64,000 nt of DNA from a virus. Below are positions 49,439 through 59,256 of the stretch, piece by piece (position 1 is the first letter of the stretch; each line of letters begins with the position of its first letter). The position numbers were made by a program, and so were the translations under genes. The stretch lies in the IMG/VR virus record IMGVR_UViG_3300022602_000028; one strand, 5' to 3'. The notes under the pieces were generated by a model that ran no database searches, had not been told where the DNA came from, and was given only the letters and a program-made list of their open reading frames with translations.

Positions 49439-52400
49439 TTAAATTTCCGTATGTTGCGCTAGTTATAGTCTGTGAAGATATTGAAGAAAGTGCCGAGCCG
49501 GTCACTGATTTAATATTGCCGCTGGTGATACTTGTAATAACTTGTATGTTAGAAACAGTTGCAGTACTAATAAAGATCTGGTCGCTTGGGCATGATATTT
49601 CAAATAAGCTGCCAAAATAAGCATTACTTTGAATAGGAACAATTATAAAATTTGTTATATCAGGTGTCAGTTGATTCATAATATAAGTAGACAATTCTGT
49701 AAAATAGAATGTGTCTCCAAAATTCCAATTATCTAATGTAAAAAATTGATTAATCGCTGTAATAATTCTAGACTGTATATCATTATCCGATACTACAGAA
49801 TTTATATTTTTTGTAACTTTAAATGTTGCTTGCAATTCTGGACTTGCATCGGGCCCAAATAAAGATCTATAAGTTACCGGATGATATATTATTTCATCTG
49901 ATATCGGTTTAATAAGATCCAATGACGATCCTATAAGATTATTAATTTCGTCAGAGCTTGGAGGCAAAGGTTTTATTGAAGTTGCTCCATCAACCCATTG
50001 TCTATATGCGGTATCATAATCTTTAGTTAATATATAAACATCCATTATGTTACTTGAGCCTGGATCAATTCTACTTTCAAAATCCGCACTATGGGTATAC
50101 TGGAATTTAAGTTTATCTCTACCGACAAACACTTTATAATCTAATGTTGGTACTAGTGCAGAAGTTGCTAAAGTCAGCTGTTTTACTACTCCAGTAGAAG
50201 TAAAGTAAAAATATTGTCCATCTGTATACTGGTTATATGCTCCTAGCGCACTTTCTGAACTTAGTATAATAACAATATTACTACTGTTATTAACATATCT
50301 ATAATCTTCTTGTCCTGTAGAAATTATATAACGTTGTTGAATAATATATTTTGTTAAAGGAGCTGTTGTAGGATTAACAATATCTAAAAATAACTGCGGA
50401 TTATCCACTATACCATTATAGTTTGAATCGCTGAAAGATACAACAATTTTTGTATTGTCAACATAACCATCAAGTCCGCTATATGATGATGTAACGTCCC
50501 AAGGATAATCTTCTGTGAACGAAGTAGTCAATCCGGGTTGATGATTGATATTTAAAATTTTAATTTGATCCCTAACAGTTGAATTTGTAGTGGAATCATA
50601 AATTGTCACATTATCATTAAAATAAAATGTTAATTCTTCATCACTTTCAAAAATATATCTTAGCAATCTTGTAGTAATTGTATATGTTTCGTTATCAGTT
50701 GTAAACAATAGCATCCAACTAGAATCTTGTTTAGTGTTAGATACATCGCCTTGTTTACCTAAATTAAACAACGAAGTCTGGTCAAGATTAGTTTCAAAAA
50801 TAATTTGCCATGTTTGTGTCGGGCCATCATATCTTAATCCAAATGCACGATTACTAAAAATTAAATCAATAACTGTGGTTATAACGCTAGAACTAAGTGT
50901 CGTGGTAAATTTAGGAATAATTTGCGTAATAATAGAAGTATTAGGAACTACTACACTAAATGTAATCGGGCCAGGATATGCAGTAGATGGGATTCCGTTA
51001 CCAACAACATTTACTACTTCTGCCCATATATAACTTGCGCTACCTAATGCACCAACAGTGCCGTAGACTAATTTATTTGATTGTGTTTTATCAAAATAAT
51101 AGCCAGCAGGTGCGACAAATTTAACTAATGCACCTGGAGTTAAATATTTAAGATCAGTTGCAGTATAACTTCCTACTGGAAATGGAGATGCATCTACTAC
51201 ATTTCCAATATAGCCATTGCTAGAAGAACTAGTAGCACTAGTTTGATACCAACTAATATTAAGACTAGTAGTTAAGAAATTTATAAAATTATTATAATAA
51301 AAATTTCTTAAATCAATCGATTGTAATAAATCATAAACTGTATTATATATAACACCATCAATATCTGATTTTGTGTTATATTGAAATGTAGTTAATTGAG
51401 TGTATGGATCTTGATACAAGACGCCATCATTAGCATACAAATTAGTTGAGCTATATTTTCCTGTAGGATCTTTAAGATCAAAGTATTGACTAATACCGCT
51501 ACTTGATCTGTTAATACTTTTAACTTTAGCAACTTGTTGAGTAACCGATAACGGACTGATGTTATAATCTTCAGCTGTTATCATCCTATTCTGCGTATAA
51601 TAAGTTTGAGGAGCGTTGGCTTTGATACTAGCATTTGTTTCTGCTACAGCAGAATTTGCAACACTTGTTTGTAAATTCATTGTTATGGTCAACGATTCTG
51701 TTTGACCTTTTCTGCTAATATAAGGAATAGATATAGATACATTTCTAATATCTGCAGGATTGATTACATATGATAAGCCATTGCTAACTCTATAATATGT
51801 TCTAAAATCACCTAATGGTAAATTTCCAAAAGTACCATCACTAAAAGCTAGACTAACAGCATCGCTTGCTCTGCTTACAACACTATAGATATTCTTAATG
51901 CTTTTATTCAAACTATTATAGATAATATTGTTTCCAGCAGTCGTAGGAACTTGTGTCCATAATTCAGACTCAGCTCCATTTTGATCTAATCTGTATAACC
52001 ATACATCATTATTATTAATGTTAGTTGTATTAATATCAACGCTTTCGTTGCTAGTAGGATGTGTAACTGTAAATGATCCTACAGTTAATGTACCTTGTGT
52101 AAAATTAAGAAAAAATCCATTACTGTTACTACCTGCTCCTTTACCATCATCTCTGTAAATGCAAGCAAGATTGTTTCCAACTTTTGGAGTTTCTTCGTAA
52201 ATGTATGCTTGTCCGCTAAATGTTGTACTTGTAATTTCAAAATTCATTGTGCGGCCGGCTACAGATTTAGTGAACGCATAAATTGGAATGCCAGTATTTG
52301 TACCTTGGAAACGATATTGACTTGTAGGAATTCCATAAATTGTATCTTTAGCTGATGGATTTCCAAATTGCTGAGTAGACGGCATTGCGGCATTTATTAT

Positions 52401-52874
52401 TTTAATAAATTGATCATTCCAATTAGGATTTGCCGGATCGTTCCAAGTTACAACTTGATTAGCTAAGTTTCTGCCGTTACTGTCAACTACCGTTTCTGTT
52501 GTTTTTACTGTGGTAAATTTTAATAAACCCTGGGCAGGAATATTACGTTTAGCATTATAACTGATTAATCTTGCAAGACGTAAGACGCTATCTCTGCGTT
52601 CTGCTAGCTCTAAAAAGTTTTCACGTGCATTTAAATCTACTCGAAATGCAACACTTTGTCCAACAAATGCTACTAGATCTACTAGTGCTAGGTACTCTGA
52701 ACTTTCAATATAATCGTTAAAATCTTCTGGATAATTTGTACGCAGATATGTAATCATAGTTCTGCGTAGATTTTCAAAATCATAACTTTGAAAGTCTGCA
52801 TTTTTAAAAGACTGATAAATCTTTTTCCAGTCTTGATTAATTAACAAGTTATTTTGTCTGTCAGTTGAGCTCAT
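49431..52874 (-). CDS. baseplate wedge protein, T4 gp6-like
   Basis: YDFENLRR.MI.YLR, DLNARENFLELAERRDSVLRLA..ISY..KR, QNRMITAEDY. Confidence 0.8.
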   Translation of the reverse strand: MSSTDRQNNLLINQDWKKIYQSFKNADFQSYDFENLRRTMITYLRTNYPEDFNDYIESSEYLALVDLVAFVGQSVAFRVDLNARENFLELAERRDSVLRLARLISYNAKRNIPAQGLLKFTTVKTTETVVDSNGRNLANQVVTWNDPANPNWNDQFIKIINAAMPSTQQFGNPSAKDTIYGIPTSQYRFQGTNTGIPIYAFTKSVAGRTMNFEITSTTFSGQAYIYEETPKVGNNLACIYRDDGKGAGSNSNGFFLNFTQGTLTVGSFTVTHPTSNESVDINTTNINNNDVWLYRLDQNGAESELWTQVPTTAGNNIIYNSLNKSIKNIYSVVSRASDAVSLAFSDGTFGNLPLGDFRTYYRVSNGLSYVINPADIRNVSISIPYISRKGQTESLTITMNLQTSVANSAVAETNASIKANAPQTYYTQNRMITAEDYNISPLSVTQQVAKVKSINRSSSGISQYFDLKDPTGKYSSTNLYANDGVLYQDPYTQLTTFQYNTKSDIDGVIYNTVYDLLQSIDLRNFYYNNFINFLTTSLNISWYQTSATSSSSNGYIGNVVDASPFPVGSYTATDLKYLTPGALVKFVAPAGYYFDKTQSNKLVYGTVGALGSASYIWAEVVNVVGNGIPSTAYPGPITFSVVVPNTSIITQIIPKFTTTLSSSVITTVIDLIFSNRAFGLRYDGPTQTWQIIFETNLDQTSLFNLGKQGDVSNTKQDSSWMLLFTTDNETYTITTRLLRYIFESDEELTFYFNDNVTIYDSTTNSTVRDQIKILNINHQPGLTTSFTEDYPWDVTSSYSGLDGYVDNTKIVVSFSDSNYNGIVDNPQLFLDIVNPTTAPLTKYIIQQRYIISTGQEDYRYVNNSSNIVIILSSESALGAYNQYTDGQYFYFTSTGVVKQLTLATSALVPTLDYKVFVGRDKLKFQYTHSADFESRIDPGSSNIMDVYILTKDYDTAYRQWVDGATSIKPLPPSSDEINNLIGSSLDLIKPISDEIIYHPVTYRSLFGPDASPELQATFKVTKNINSVVSDNDIQSRIITAINQFFTLDNWNFGDTFYFTELSTYIMNQLTPDITNFIIVPIQSNAYFGSLFEISCPSDQIFISTATVSNIQVITSITSGNIKSVTGSALSSISSQTITSATYGNLNG

Positions 52875-52892
52875 TTAGTAGTCCTAGTATTG

Positions 52893-52916
52893 TATTTATT
52901 TGTAACAATTATGTGC
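52893..52916 (-). promoter_or_regulatory. putative late promoter GCACATAAT-N8-ATAAATA
   Basis: Intergenic, upstream of the gp6-like gene. Confidence 0.55.
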
Positions 52917-52921
52917 GCTGT

Positions 52922-53365
52922 TTATTGCACTACTAGATTATTAGCTTGATCAAATGACAGTTGCATTGTTTGTTGTAGGTTGTAGGGCACAAAAAGCAAG
53001 GTTAGTTGTACTTGAATTCCTGTATCATAGGCAGTTACCGTGACATTTTCAGATTTGACACGAGGGTCATAATTAACTATTGTATTAACATTTTGTAGTA
53101 TAACGCCCTTAACTTGCTCGGTAAGAGGCTCAAATAATAAATCCCATATTACACATCCAAAACTAGGATTCATAAGACGTTCACCCTGTCTTGTATAAAA
53201 ATGATTTAAAATATCTTGCTTAATTAATTCAAAATCATAAAGATTATAATTTTCAGTATTAGCACTTACTGTGCTAAACCCTTTGTACATTTTTGTCATA
53301 TTGCTAGTTAAAGTATTAACTGCTGGCAATACGATTTTATCATATAGGTTATTATTTGAAGTCAT
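52922..53365 (-). CDS. baseplate wedge subunit, gp25-like
   Basis: LIKQDILNHF.TRQGERLMNPSFGC.IWDLLFEP...DPRV. Confidence 0.85.
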   Translation of the reverse strand: MTSNNNLYDKIVLPAVNTLTSNMTKMYKGFSTVSANTENYNLYDFELIKQDILNHFYTRQGERLMNPSFGCVIWDLLFEPLTEQVKGVILQNVNTIVNYDPRVKSENVTVTAYDTGIQVQLTLLFVPYNLQQTMQLSFDQANNLVVQ

Positions 53366-53374
53366 ACATATTCC

Positions 53375-53551
53375 TTAGGCCGTTGTCTGCCATGCTTGTG
53401 TATCATCTGTTTGTTGTTCTTCTGGGCTTGCTGGAGGAGGTGGTCTATCAAACGTATCCATAGACGTTGAGTAGGCTTTCCAATATTGTGTAGGAACTTC
53501 GATTGCAGTTCCGATTACTGGATCTATACTAGGAGTTAAAGTGTCTGCCAT
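53375..53551 (-). CDS. 58-aa hypothetical protein
   Basis: Not in track. MADTLTPSIDPVIGTAIEVPTQYWKAYSTSMDTFDRPPPPASPEEQQTDDTQAWQTTA; AGAG SD-like; fills the gap between neighbours. Confidence 0.55.
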   Translation of the reverse strand: MADTLTPSIDPVIGTAIEVPTQYWKAYSTSMDTFDRPPPPASPEEQQTDDTQAWQTTA

Positions 53552-53552
53552 A

Positions 53553-53819
53553 TTATCTCTTTATAGGTCCCGGCAATACTCCGCTGGACAACCCTGCTCC
53601 ACTAATCTTACTAGCGGCCGATGTAACGGATCCGGCAATTTTAGTTGCTCCGGCGACTGCTCCAGAAACTTGCGAAGTAATACCACCTGTAGCGGCAGCT
53701 AGTTGCTTTGAAATTAACGATTTGGCTGCATCAATACTGATTCCATTACCGATGTGAGCAACGCTGGCAAGTTTTTTTAGATCACTAAGATCTGCACTAA
53801 CTCTGGAAAATATACTCAT
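53553..53819 (-). CDS. Ala/Ser/Gly-rich hypothetical protein
   Basis: Start moved to MSIFSRV (53819), immediately after the spike gene stop. Confidence 0.55.
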   Translation of the reverse strand: MSIFSRVSADLSDLKKLASVAHIGNGISIDAAKSLISKQLAAATGGITSQVSGAVAGATKIAGSVTSAASKISGAGLSSGVLPGPIKR

Positions 53820-53820
53820 T

Positions 53821-55590
53821 TTATGATCCTGAATTAACTTGTGATTGTGCCGCACTATTTGCGGCTGCGATATCTGTCTTGCTAGTTTTAAATAGCGTAG
53901 GATTTAAATTTTCATGATGCGGATAAGGTTCTGTCGTAGGTACACGCAACATAATACTATTAAGAGTAGTTCCGTCTGTTTCAGTTGGATTAGGATATAC
54001 TGCTAAAGCAACTGGTAAAGTAGCTTTAGATGTTTTAGTTGCTTCTGTGGCTTTGTCAGCAGACGCGGCGCTACCACTATTTAAATTAATATTACCACCA
54101 TTAATATTAGTGCCAGAGCTTGATATTTCTGTGCTTCCTCCTGCCGTAAATAATTGTTGACCACCACTATTAAAATTACTTTTTCCGCCTGCTGTCAAAT
54201 TATTACCGCCAGTAGTATTAATATTAAGATCTTTAGCAGTAGTAATAGCTGTACCACCGGCAGTATTAATATTAATATCATTAGCCACTGTGATTCCTAA
54301 AGCACCATTTAGCAATTGATTATAGTCGCCTTGAATAGATAAATTTGTTGCTCCAATAATAGTTTCGTCATGTGTGCCTTTAACACTAATTGTTCTATTA
54401 CCAGTTACAATTATTGTTTTATTGCCTACAACTTCTAACTGATGATCTCCGCCAGCTTTAATATTAATATTTCTCACAGCTTCTAAATTAATATCTCTTC
54501 CTGCTAAAAAATTAAAGTCAGCATCTGTATGCATGCTAATACTGTCTTGAGCATACACATCTATTTTGCCATCACTTGTCATTTCTATCCAACTAGTGCC
54601 CCTACTATTAGTAATATAAATTAGATCTTCACTAGTATGAAATAGTATTTGAGCACCAGTACGAGTTCGTAGCCTGATTAATTCATTATGCGGACGAAGT
54701 GGATCGCCATCTGTTTCTCCGTTTTCAACACTAGCATATTCTGGAGGACCGCTACTAGCATCAGTTTTGCGCAAATATTTGTTATGCCCATCATCCATAA
54801 TAAATGTTTGGCCACCGAGGCGACTAACTGGTGCATTAGGCACATTAGCTTCTTTTGTTCCAACTAATCCTGTTTGTCCGTCCCTGTCAATTGGGCCCGG
54901 AGTGCTTATTCCGAATACAGTACTAGGCACTTCTCGTCTAGCACTACTAGTTGTAATTCCTCGAATGTCATCTAACAACAGTCCTTGATTGTCTAAAAAT
55001 AATGCTAAAGGGTGTATTGGTTTATTAAATCTAGTAGGATCTTGCGGACCAGCATTGTCAGAAGATCTTTTATTATATTCTGTCACAGGAACTCTTAAAT
55101 CTTTACCTTGACTATCTGTTGTTACAGAAAGTGTTGCATCGTCTGTTATAGCAAACTTGGTGGCAGCAATACCAGGAGTCATAAAATTCATATAACTATC
55201 GTCTTTAGGAACACAGCCTATCCAATAGCCTTTAGCTGGATTATTAGCTAAGAATATAACCAACACCGTTGAGCCTGGATCAGGTGGAACCATCCACATA
55301 CCATAGCTTTTTTGTGTGCCGTCGTAATTACCGGGATTTCCAGAATCATCGGTAGTTTGACCGTATCCAGTTACACCCCAAAAAGGACTCATATAGTCCA
55401 CAATTCTTGTTTGTGTACTAGAATTATTATTACCTGAACCTTGACGTTGAATCAATACATTAAGTCTGCCTAAATATTTGCCATCTTGATGACCAATAAC
55501 TGTTGCTAAAAATGGGCCGACGGGTGTATCTGGATAATTTGTACTACTGTACATATTATCATTTGGCGCGGTATAGTTATTTCCTCCCAT
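53821..55590 (-). CDS. baseplate central spike, T4 gp5/VgrG-like
   Basis: OB-fold (GRLNV, YGMWMVPPDPGSTVLVIF...GYWIGC), IRLRTRTGAQI...GTSWIEMTSDGKIDVY, Gly-spaced beta-helix, PTTEPYPHHEN. Confidence 0.8.
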   Translation of the reverse strand: MGGNNYTAPNDNMYSSTNYPDTPVGPFLATVIGHQDGKYLGRLNVLIQRQGSGNNNSSTQTRIVDYMSPFWGVTGYGQTTDDSGNPGNYDGTQKSYGMWMVPPDPGSTVLVIFLANNPAKGYWIGCVPKDDSYMNFMTPGIAATKFAITDDATLSVTTDSQGKDLRVPVTEYNKRSSDNAGPQDPTRFNKPIHPLALFLDNQGLLLDDIRGITTSSARREVPSTVFGISTPGPIDRDGQTGLVGTKEANVPNAPVSRLGGQTFIMDDGHNKYLRKTDASSGPPEYASVENGETDGDPLRPHNELIRLRTRTGAQILFHTSEDLIYITNSRGTSWIEMTSDGKIDVYAQDSISMHTDADFNFLAGRDINLEAVRNINIKAGGDHQLEVVGNKTIIVTGNRTISVKGTHDETIIGATNLSIQGDYNQLLNGALGITVANDININTAGGTAITTAKDLNINTTGGNNLTAGGKSNFNSGGQQLFTAGGSTEISSSGTNINGGNINLNSGSAASADKATEATKTSKATLPVALAVYPNPTETDGTTLNSIMLRVPTTEPYPHHENLNPTLFKTSKTDIAAANSAAQSQVNSGS

Positions 55591-55604
55591 TGTATTCCTT
55601 TATG

Positions 55605-57872
55605 TTAATTACTTGAAGATTCTTCTTCAGACCCTGACGGATTGCCTTTATCTACTACAGGGTTAGTATTAAGATACTGAGCTGTTTCGACTGCCGAAGC
55701 AATCGCACTTCCAGGATTTTCTTGATCAGATCTTCTTAATGCTGAAATTATTTGTGTAAATTTTCCTTCAGACATACGATTCTCAACTTTTGTAATACAA
55801 TACAATCCACTAAATCTAGTAAGTGGAGCTGATTGACTATTTGCTCCAAAATTATACATTCCAGTGGTTTGATTAATATCTATAGGAGTTCTGAAATTAA
55901 CAACAATATCTACTTCTCCATTTTCATAATTCATAGTACCATCGGCATTTAAATTTACATATTGACTAGCCGACGACGTATAATTACCAGTTCCGCTGTG
56001 TGCAATATAATAAGGATCTCCCATAATTTCCATTTGGATATTATATACATCATATTCCATGGCCATTGCATCCACAAAAGCCTTGGCAGCTCTAGTTGCT
56101 GGTCGTTCTGTTCCTCCGCCACCGTGGCCATCCGACTTAAATAAACTACCGATATAACCTACAAAGCTACCAGTTCCTTGTTTGTTTACAGAATTTGATC
56201 CTAATCCAAGGTTAAGTGGTTTAGTAGAACTACCTTCACTACCACTAGCTTGCCTTTCATTAGTTTTACTATCCGAATTTTCTGTTCCAGCATCAGCTGG
56301 CATAATTTGAAAAAATGATTTGTTTACATCAATATTCAGACTTAAGATGTCATCATTTTTACCAGTATAGATATAATTATATTGCTTTGGAGCTTGCTGA
56401 CTTAGTAAGTTAAATCCTGGTATTGCTTGACTCTGTGCTTTTAATCTGCTGGCATGCACTTTATAAGGCGTTACTTTATAAACATATAATCTAGGAATAT
56501 CACCAGTAACTGAATCGGCTTTAGTTCCTAAAGGAAATACCCAAGGTCGTATACTCCACATGTTTCTATATCCTTCTGGACTTATAGAAGATGCATCTAG
56601 AGATGCCTTAGGGTAATCACTTTGCAAAATAACTTGTTTAATAGCATTAACAATATTAGTTTTTTGATCGAATTTAAAATTTGCCTTAGTTGGATCTCGA
56701 GTCAAAGCACCACCAAAGAAAGTTTTACTAGCATTATCATAAACTTGATCATCTCTTCCCATAGGAATATCACCTTCCCTGGTAGTATCAAATCCCATAG
56801 GAGCTGAACCTATTTCATTTAAATCACTAACTTGCTGAGCAAGGTCATTAGTAATAGTATTAGTTTGTAATTGAAATTTAGTTTTAATTGCATCAGATGT
56901 ACTGCCGCTGGCACTTGGATCTATTGTCGCTTGTATAACTGTTTCTAAAAGTGATCCACCTGCTCCAATTGAGCTTCCTGAGGCGCTACTAGGATCATTA
57001 GGAAAATATATCAAATATTGATTAGGTTTTTCTTGTAAGCCTTTGTCTACTTTTTCTTGTTCAAATTTATTAAGAGCAACTTGTAAACTAAATTCCCCTG
57101 ACTGCAATATTTCTCCAACAGTTGCTCCATCTGATGAAATATCAGTGTTAAACATTGCCGCGGCATCTGATAGCGCCATCATATTAGATGGCATACCTGA
57201 AATCGTATAAACACTCCCTCGGCCATCAACTTGCATTGACATATCTCTAATTTCAAAAGGAATATATCTTTTTGTATTAGGAATAGGAACCATTGTACCG
57301 TCTTCTTTGGTTCCCCTAAATTCAATAGCTATTAACCATATTGCAGATCTCCATGTATCATAACCTAGTTGATCAGCCGCGGACTGCAAGGATTCAAAAA
57401 ACATTCCCATGCTGTAGGGTTCAAAAATTGTAAAATCTAATTTATAATTTCCTGTTAAATTTACATCTACCTGAGTAGCAACATCAAATGCCAAGTCTTG
57501 AAAGAAGAAATCAAATTTTCCATATGCAGTATTAATACGATTAGTAGGATCTGCATTGGCACTTTTACATATTAGTGTCAATGGTGCTCCAGCCATGTAA
57601 GTCTTATCAGGATTTGTTACTTCGTTATTACTTAAACATGCTAAACTTAATATGTAATCGTATGATGCATACGCATGTAAGGGGTTTTTAATAGGTAAAT
57701 TTACGCCAGATAGAGTTTGAAAGAATTTTCCAAGACTACTAAATGCACCTGTTACACTATCTAAAAATCCAGAAAAACTTGAAGCCGAACTTGCATTAGA
57801 AACTGCATTGTTTACAGTATTACCTAAATTAGTAGCTGAGTCGATTAAACCTGGAATGCCATCTAAACTCAT
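55605..57872 (-). CDS. probable baseplate hub protein
   Basis: Lies between the LysM-like and spike genes; IMGDPYY, FSGLY.ITKVEN...GKFTQ C-terminus. Confidence 0.55.
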   Translation of the reverse strand: MSLDGIPGLIDSATNLGNTVNNAVSNASSASSFSGFLDSVTGAFSSLGKFFQTLSGVNLPIKNPLHAYASYDYILSLACLSNNEVTNPDKTYMAGAPLTLICKSANADPTNRINTAYGKFDFFFQDLAFDVATQVDVNLTGNYKLDFTIFEPYSMGMFFESLQSAADQLGYDTWRSAIWLIAIEFRGTKEDGTMVPIPNTKRYIPFEIRDMSMQVDGRGSVYTISGMPSNMMALSDAAAMFNTDISSDGATVGEILQSGEFSLQVALNKFEQEKVDKGLQEKPNQYLIYFPNDPSSASGSSIGAGGSLLETVIQATIDPSASGSTSDAIKTKFQLQTNTITNDLAQQVSDLNEIGSAPMGFDTTREGDIPMGRDDQVYDNASKTFFGGALTRDPTKANFKFDQKTNIVNAIKQVILQSDYPKASLDASSISPEGYRNMWSIRPWVFPLGTKADSVTGDIPRLYVYKVTPYKVHASRLKAQSQAIPGFNLLSQQAPKQYNYIYTGKNDDILSLNIDVNKSFFQIMPADAGTENSDSKTNERQASGSEGSSTKPLNLGLGSNSVNKQGTGSFVGYIGSLFKSDGHGGGGTERPATRAAKAFVDAMAMEYDVYNIQMEIMGDPYYIAHSGTGNYTSSASQYVNLNADGTMNYENGEVDIVVNFRTPIDINQTTGMYNFGANSQSAPLTRFSGLYCITKVENRMSEGKFTQIISALRRSDQENPGSAIASAVETAQYLNTNPVVDKGNPSGSEEESSSN

Positions 57873-57873
57873 A

Positions 57874-58176
57874 TTATAGTCCTAATACAGATGTAAGGCC
57901 GCTACCTTTAGGAATATAAATTTGTACTCCAGGTACAAAATCAAAAATAGGATCTTGCAATACATCAAGATTGCGCTGTATAAAGACCCACCACAATGTT
58001 GCTTGTCCATACAGATCATATGCTAATAAATCTGGTCGGAAAGTATACTGACTTTCAATTGTATAAAGAAAATCATCAGCTTGTGCGGCTACCGGACGTA
58101 TAGTTAATACATCTAAATAATTTTGTGTTATAGGTGTGTTAAACCAAGGACTGGTGTTTGTGTAAGTAGCTGCCAT
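57874..58176 (-). CDS. LysM-like baseplate protein (gp53-like)
   Basis: YTFRPDLLAYDLYGQATLWWVF..RN...DPIFDF.PG..IYIP. Confidence 0.75.
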   Translation of the reverse strand: MAATYTNTSPWFNTPITQNYLDVLTIRPVAAQADDFLYTIESQYTFRPDLLAYDLYGQATLWWVFIQRNLDVLQDPIFDFVPGVQIYIPKGSGLTSVLGL

Positions 58177-58178
58177 AA

Positions 58179-59177
58179 TTAAATGTACCCAAAACTGTTA
58201 TTAAGATAGCCACCTTGAACAAATCTATCAAGGCTGAAATTACGAGCACTGTTTCTACTATATATCGGTTGCAAGGTAACTGAGAAGGTAGTCTTGGTTG
58301 GTACATGTGTAACTCCGCCGCTAGTTGTTCCTCCAAGACCAAACGTACCAGCTAACGCAGATACTTGGCCAACTCCGCTGGCAATAGTGCTAATGCCGCT
58401 GAAAATTCCGCTTGCTGTACTGCCTGCATCAAATAATCCTCCTACACTGCTTGCTAAACCAGAGATCCCATCTGCTGTTCCTTCTACTGCTCCGGCAGCA
58501 CTACCGACAACGTTAACACCAATGTAATCGCAATTATTATCTAACTCTACATTCATGCTAGTTACAACAACTGGAATATTTTTAAAAACATAATTTCCGT
58601 AACCATTTAAGAATACAATAGGAGGAGGATTACCGGCTTTTGGATCAGTTCCTGCAAACATTTTAGTCAGGCTTCTTAAATAATGTACCATAGCGATCCA
58701 GTATAATCCTTGTGTAGTATCTTCTACAAACATAGGTGCATTGATAACAATTTTACCTGGTTCACTATTTCTATACGCATGAAATTGATAGTTAGAATGT
58801 ACTGGAGAAACTGGTGTATAACTGGCAGCTCCGTGTATGTTAATTTTTGGAGTATATGGAAATATTAAACCGCCTGCATCAGTTAATGGTTTCAATACTG
58901 CGCTAGTGCTAAAACTGGGCCAAGTAGACATGCTTAATCTCACACGCCAATCGTTTGGATGCGGATCGCCTTTAAAAGCGGCTATGGATTGTAGTGTATC
59001 GCCTATTGCTTCGCCTGCCGATGGTAAATTGACAGCACGAATTGCGCTTGCAATATCGCCAGAAGCAAGCCCGGCGGCAACCGCACCGCCTATGTTGCTG
59101 AGAGTGTTGAATCCAGACGATCCAGCATCTATAATATTTGAAGCGCCTGCAAGTTGTGTAGGATCGAATAGTCCCAT
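58179..59177 (-). CDS. tail-tube initiator/baseplate junction protein (gp48/gp54-like)
   Basis: IFPYTP.I, HSNY, PPIVFLNGYG..VFKNIPVVVTS, VTLQPIYSR; first gene of the baseplate block. Confidence 0.55.
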   Translation of the reverse strand: MGLFDPTQLAGASNIIDAGSSGFNTLSNIGGAVAAGLASGDIASAIRAVNLPSAGEAIGDTLQSIAAFKGDPHPNDWRVRLSMSTWPSFSTSAVLKPLTDAGGLIFPYTPKINIHGAASYTPVSPVHSNYQFHAYRNSEPGKIVINAPMFVEDTTQGLYWIAMVHYLRSLTKMFAGTDPKAGNPPPIVFLNGYGNYVFKNIPVVVTSMNVELDNNCDYIGVNVVGSAAGAVEGTADGISGLASSVGGLFDAGSTASGIFSGISTIASGVGQVSALAGTFGLGGTTSGGVTHVPTKTTFSVTLQPIYSRNSARNFSLDRFVQGGYLNNSFGYI

Positions 59178-59198
59178 AATAAAGTCCTTTTGGTATAT

Positions 59199-59222
59199 TA
59201 TTTATTTGACTTTATTAAGTGC
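59199..59222 (-). promoter_or_regulatory. putative late promoter GCACTTAAT-N8-ATAAATA for the baseplate block
   Basis: Third copy of the motif. Confidence 0.55.
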
Positions 59223-59234
59223 ATACTTTATAAT
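59206..59234 (+). promoter_or_regulatory. sigma70-type promoter of the sigma-factor gene
   Basis: TTGACT, 17 nt, TATAAT; GGAG SD downstream. Confidence 0.7.
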
Positions 59235-59256
59235 GTAACATCCGGAGAATTAATTA

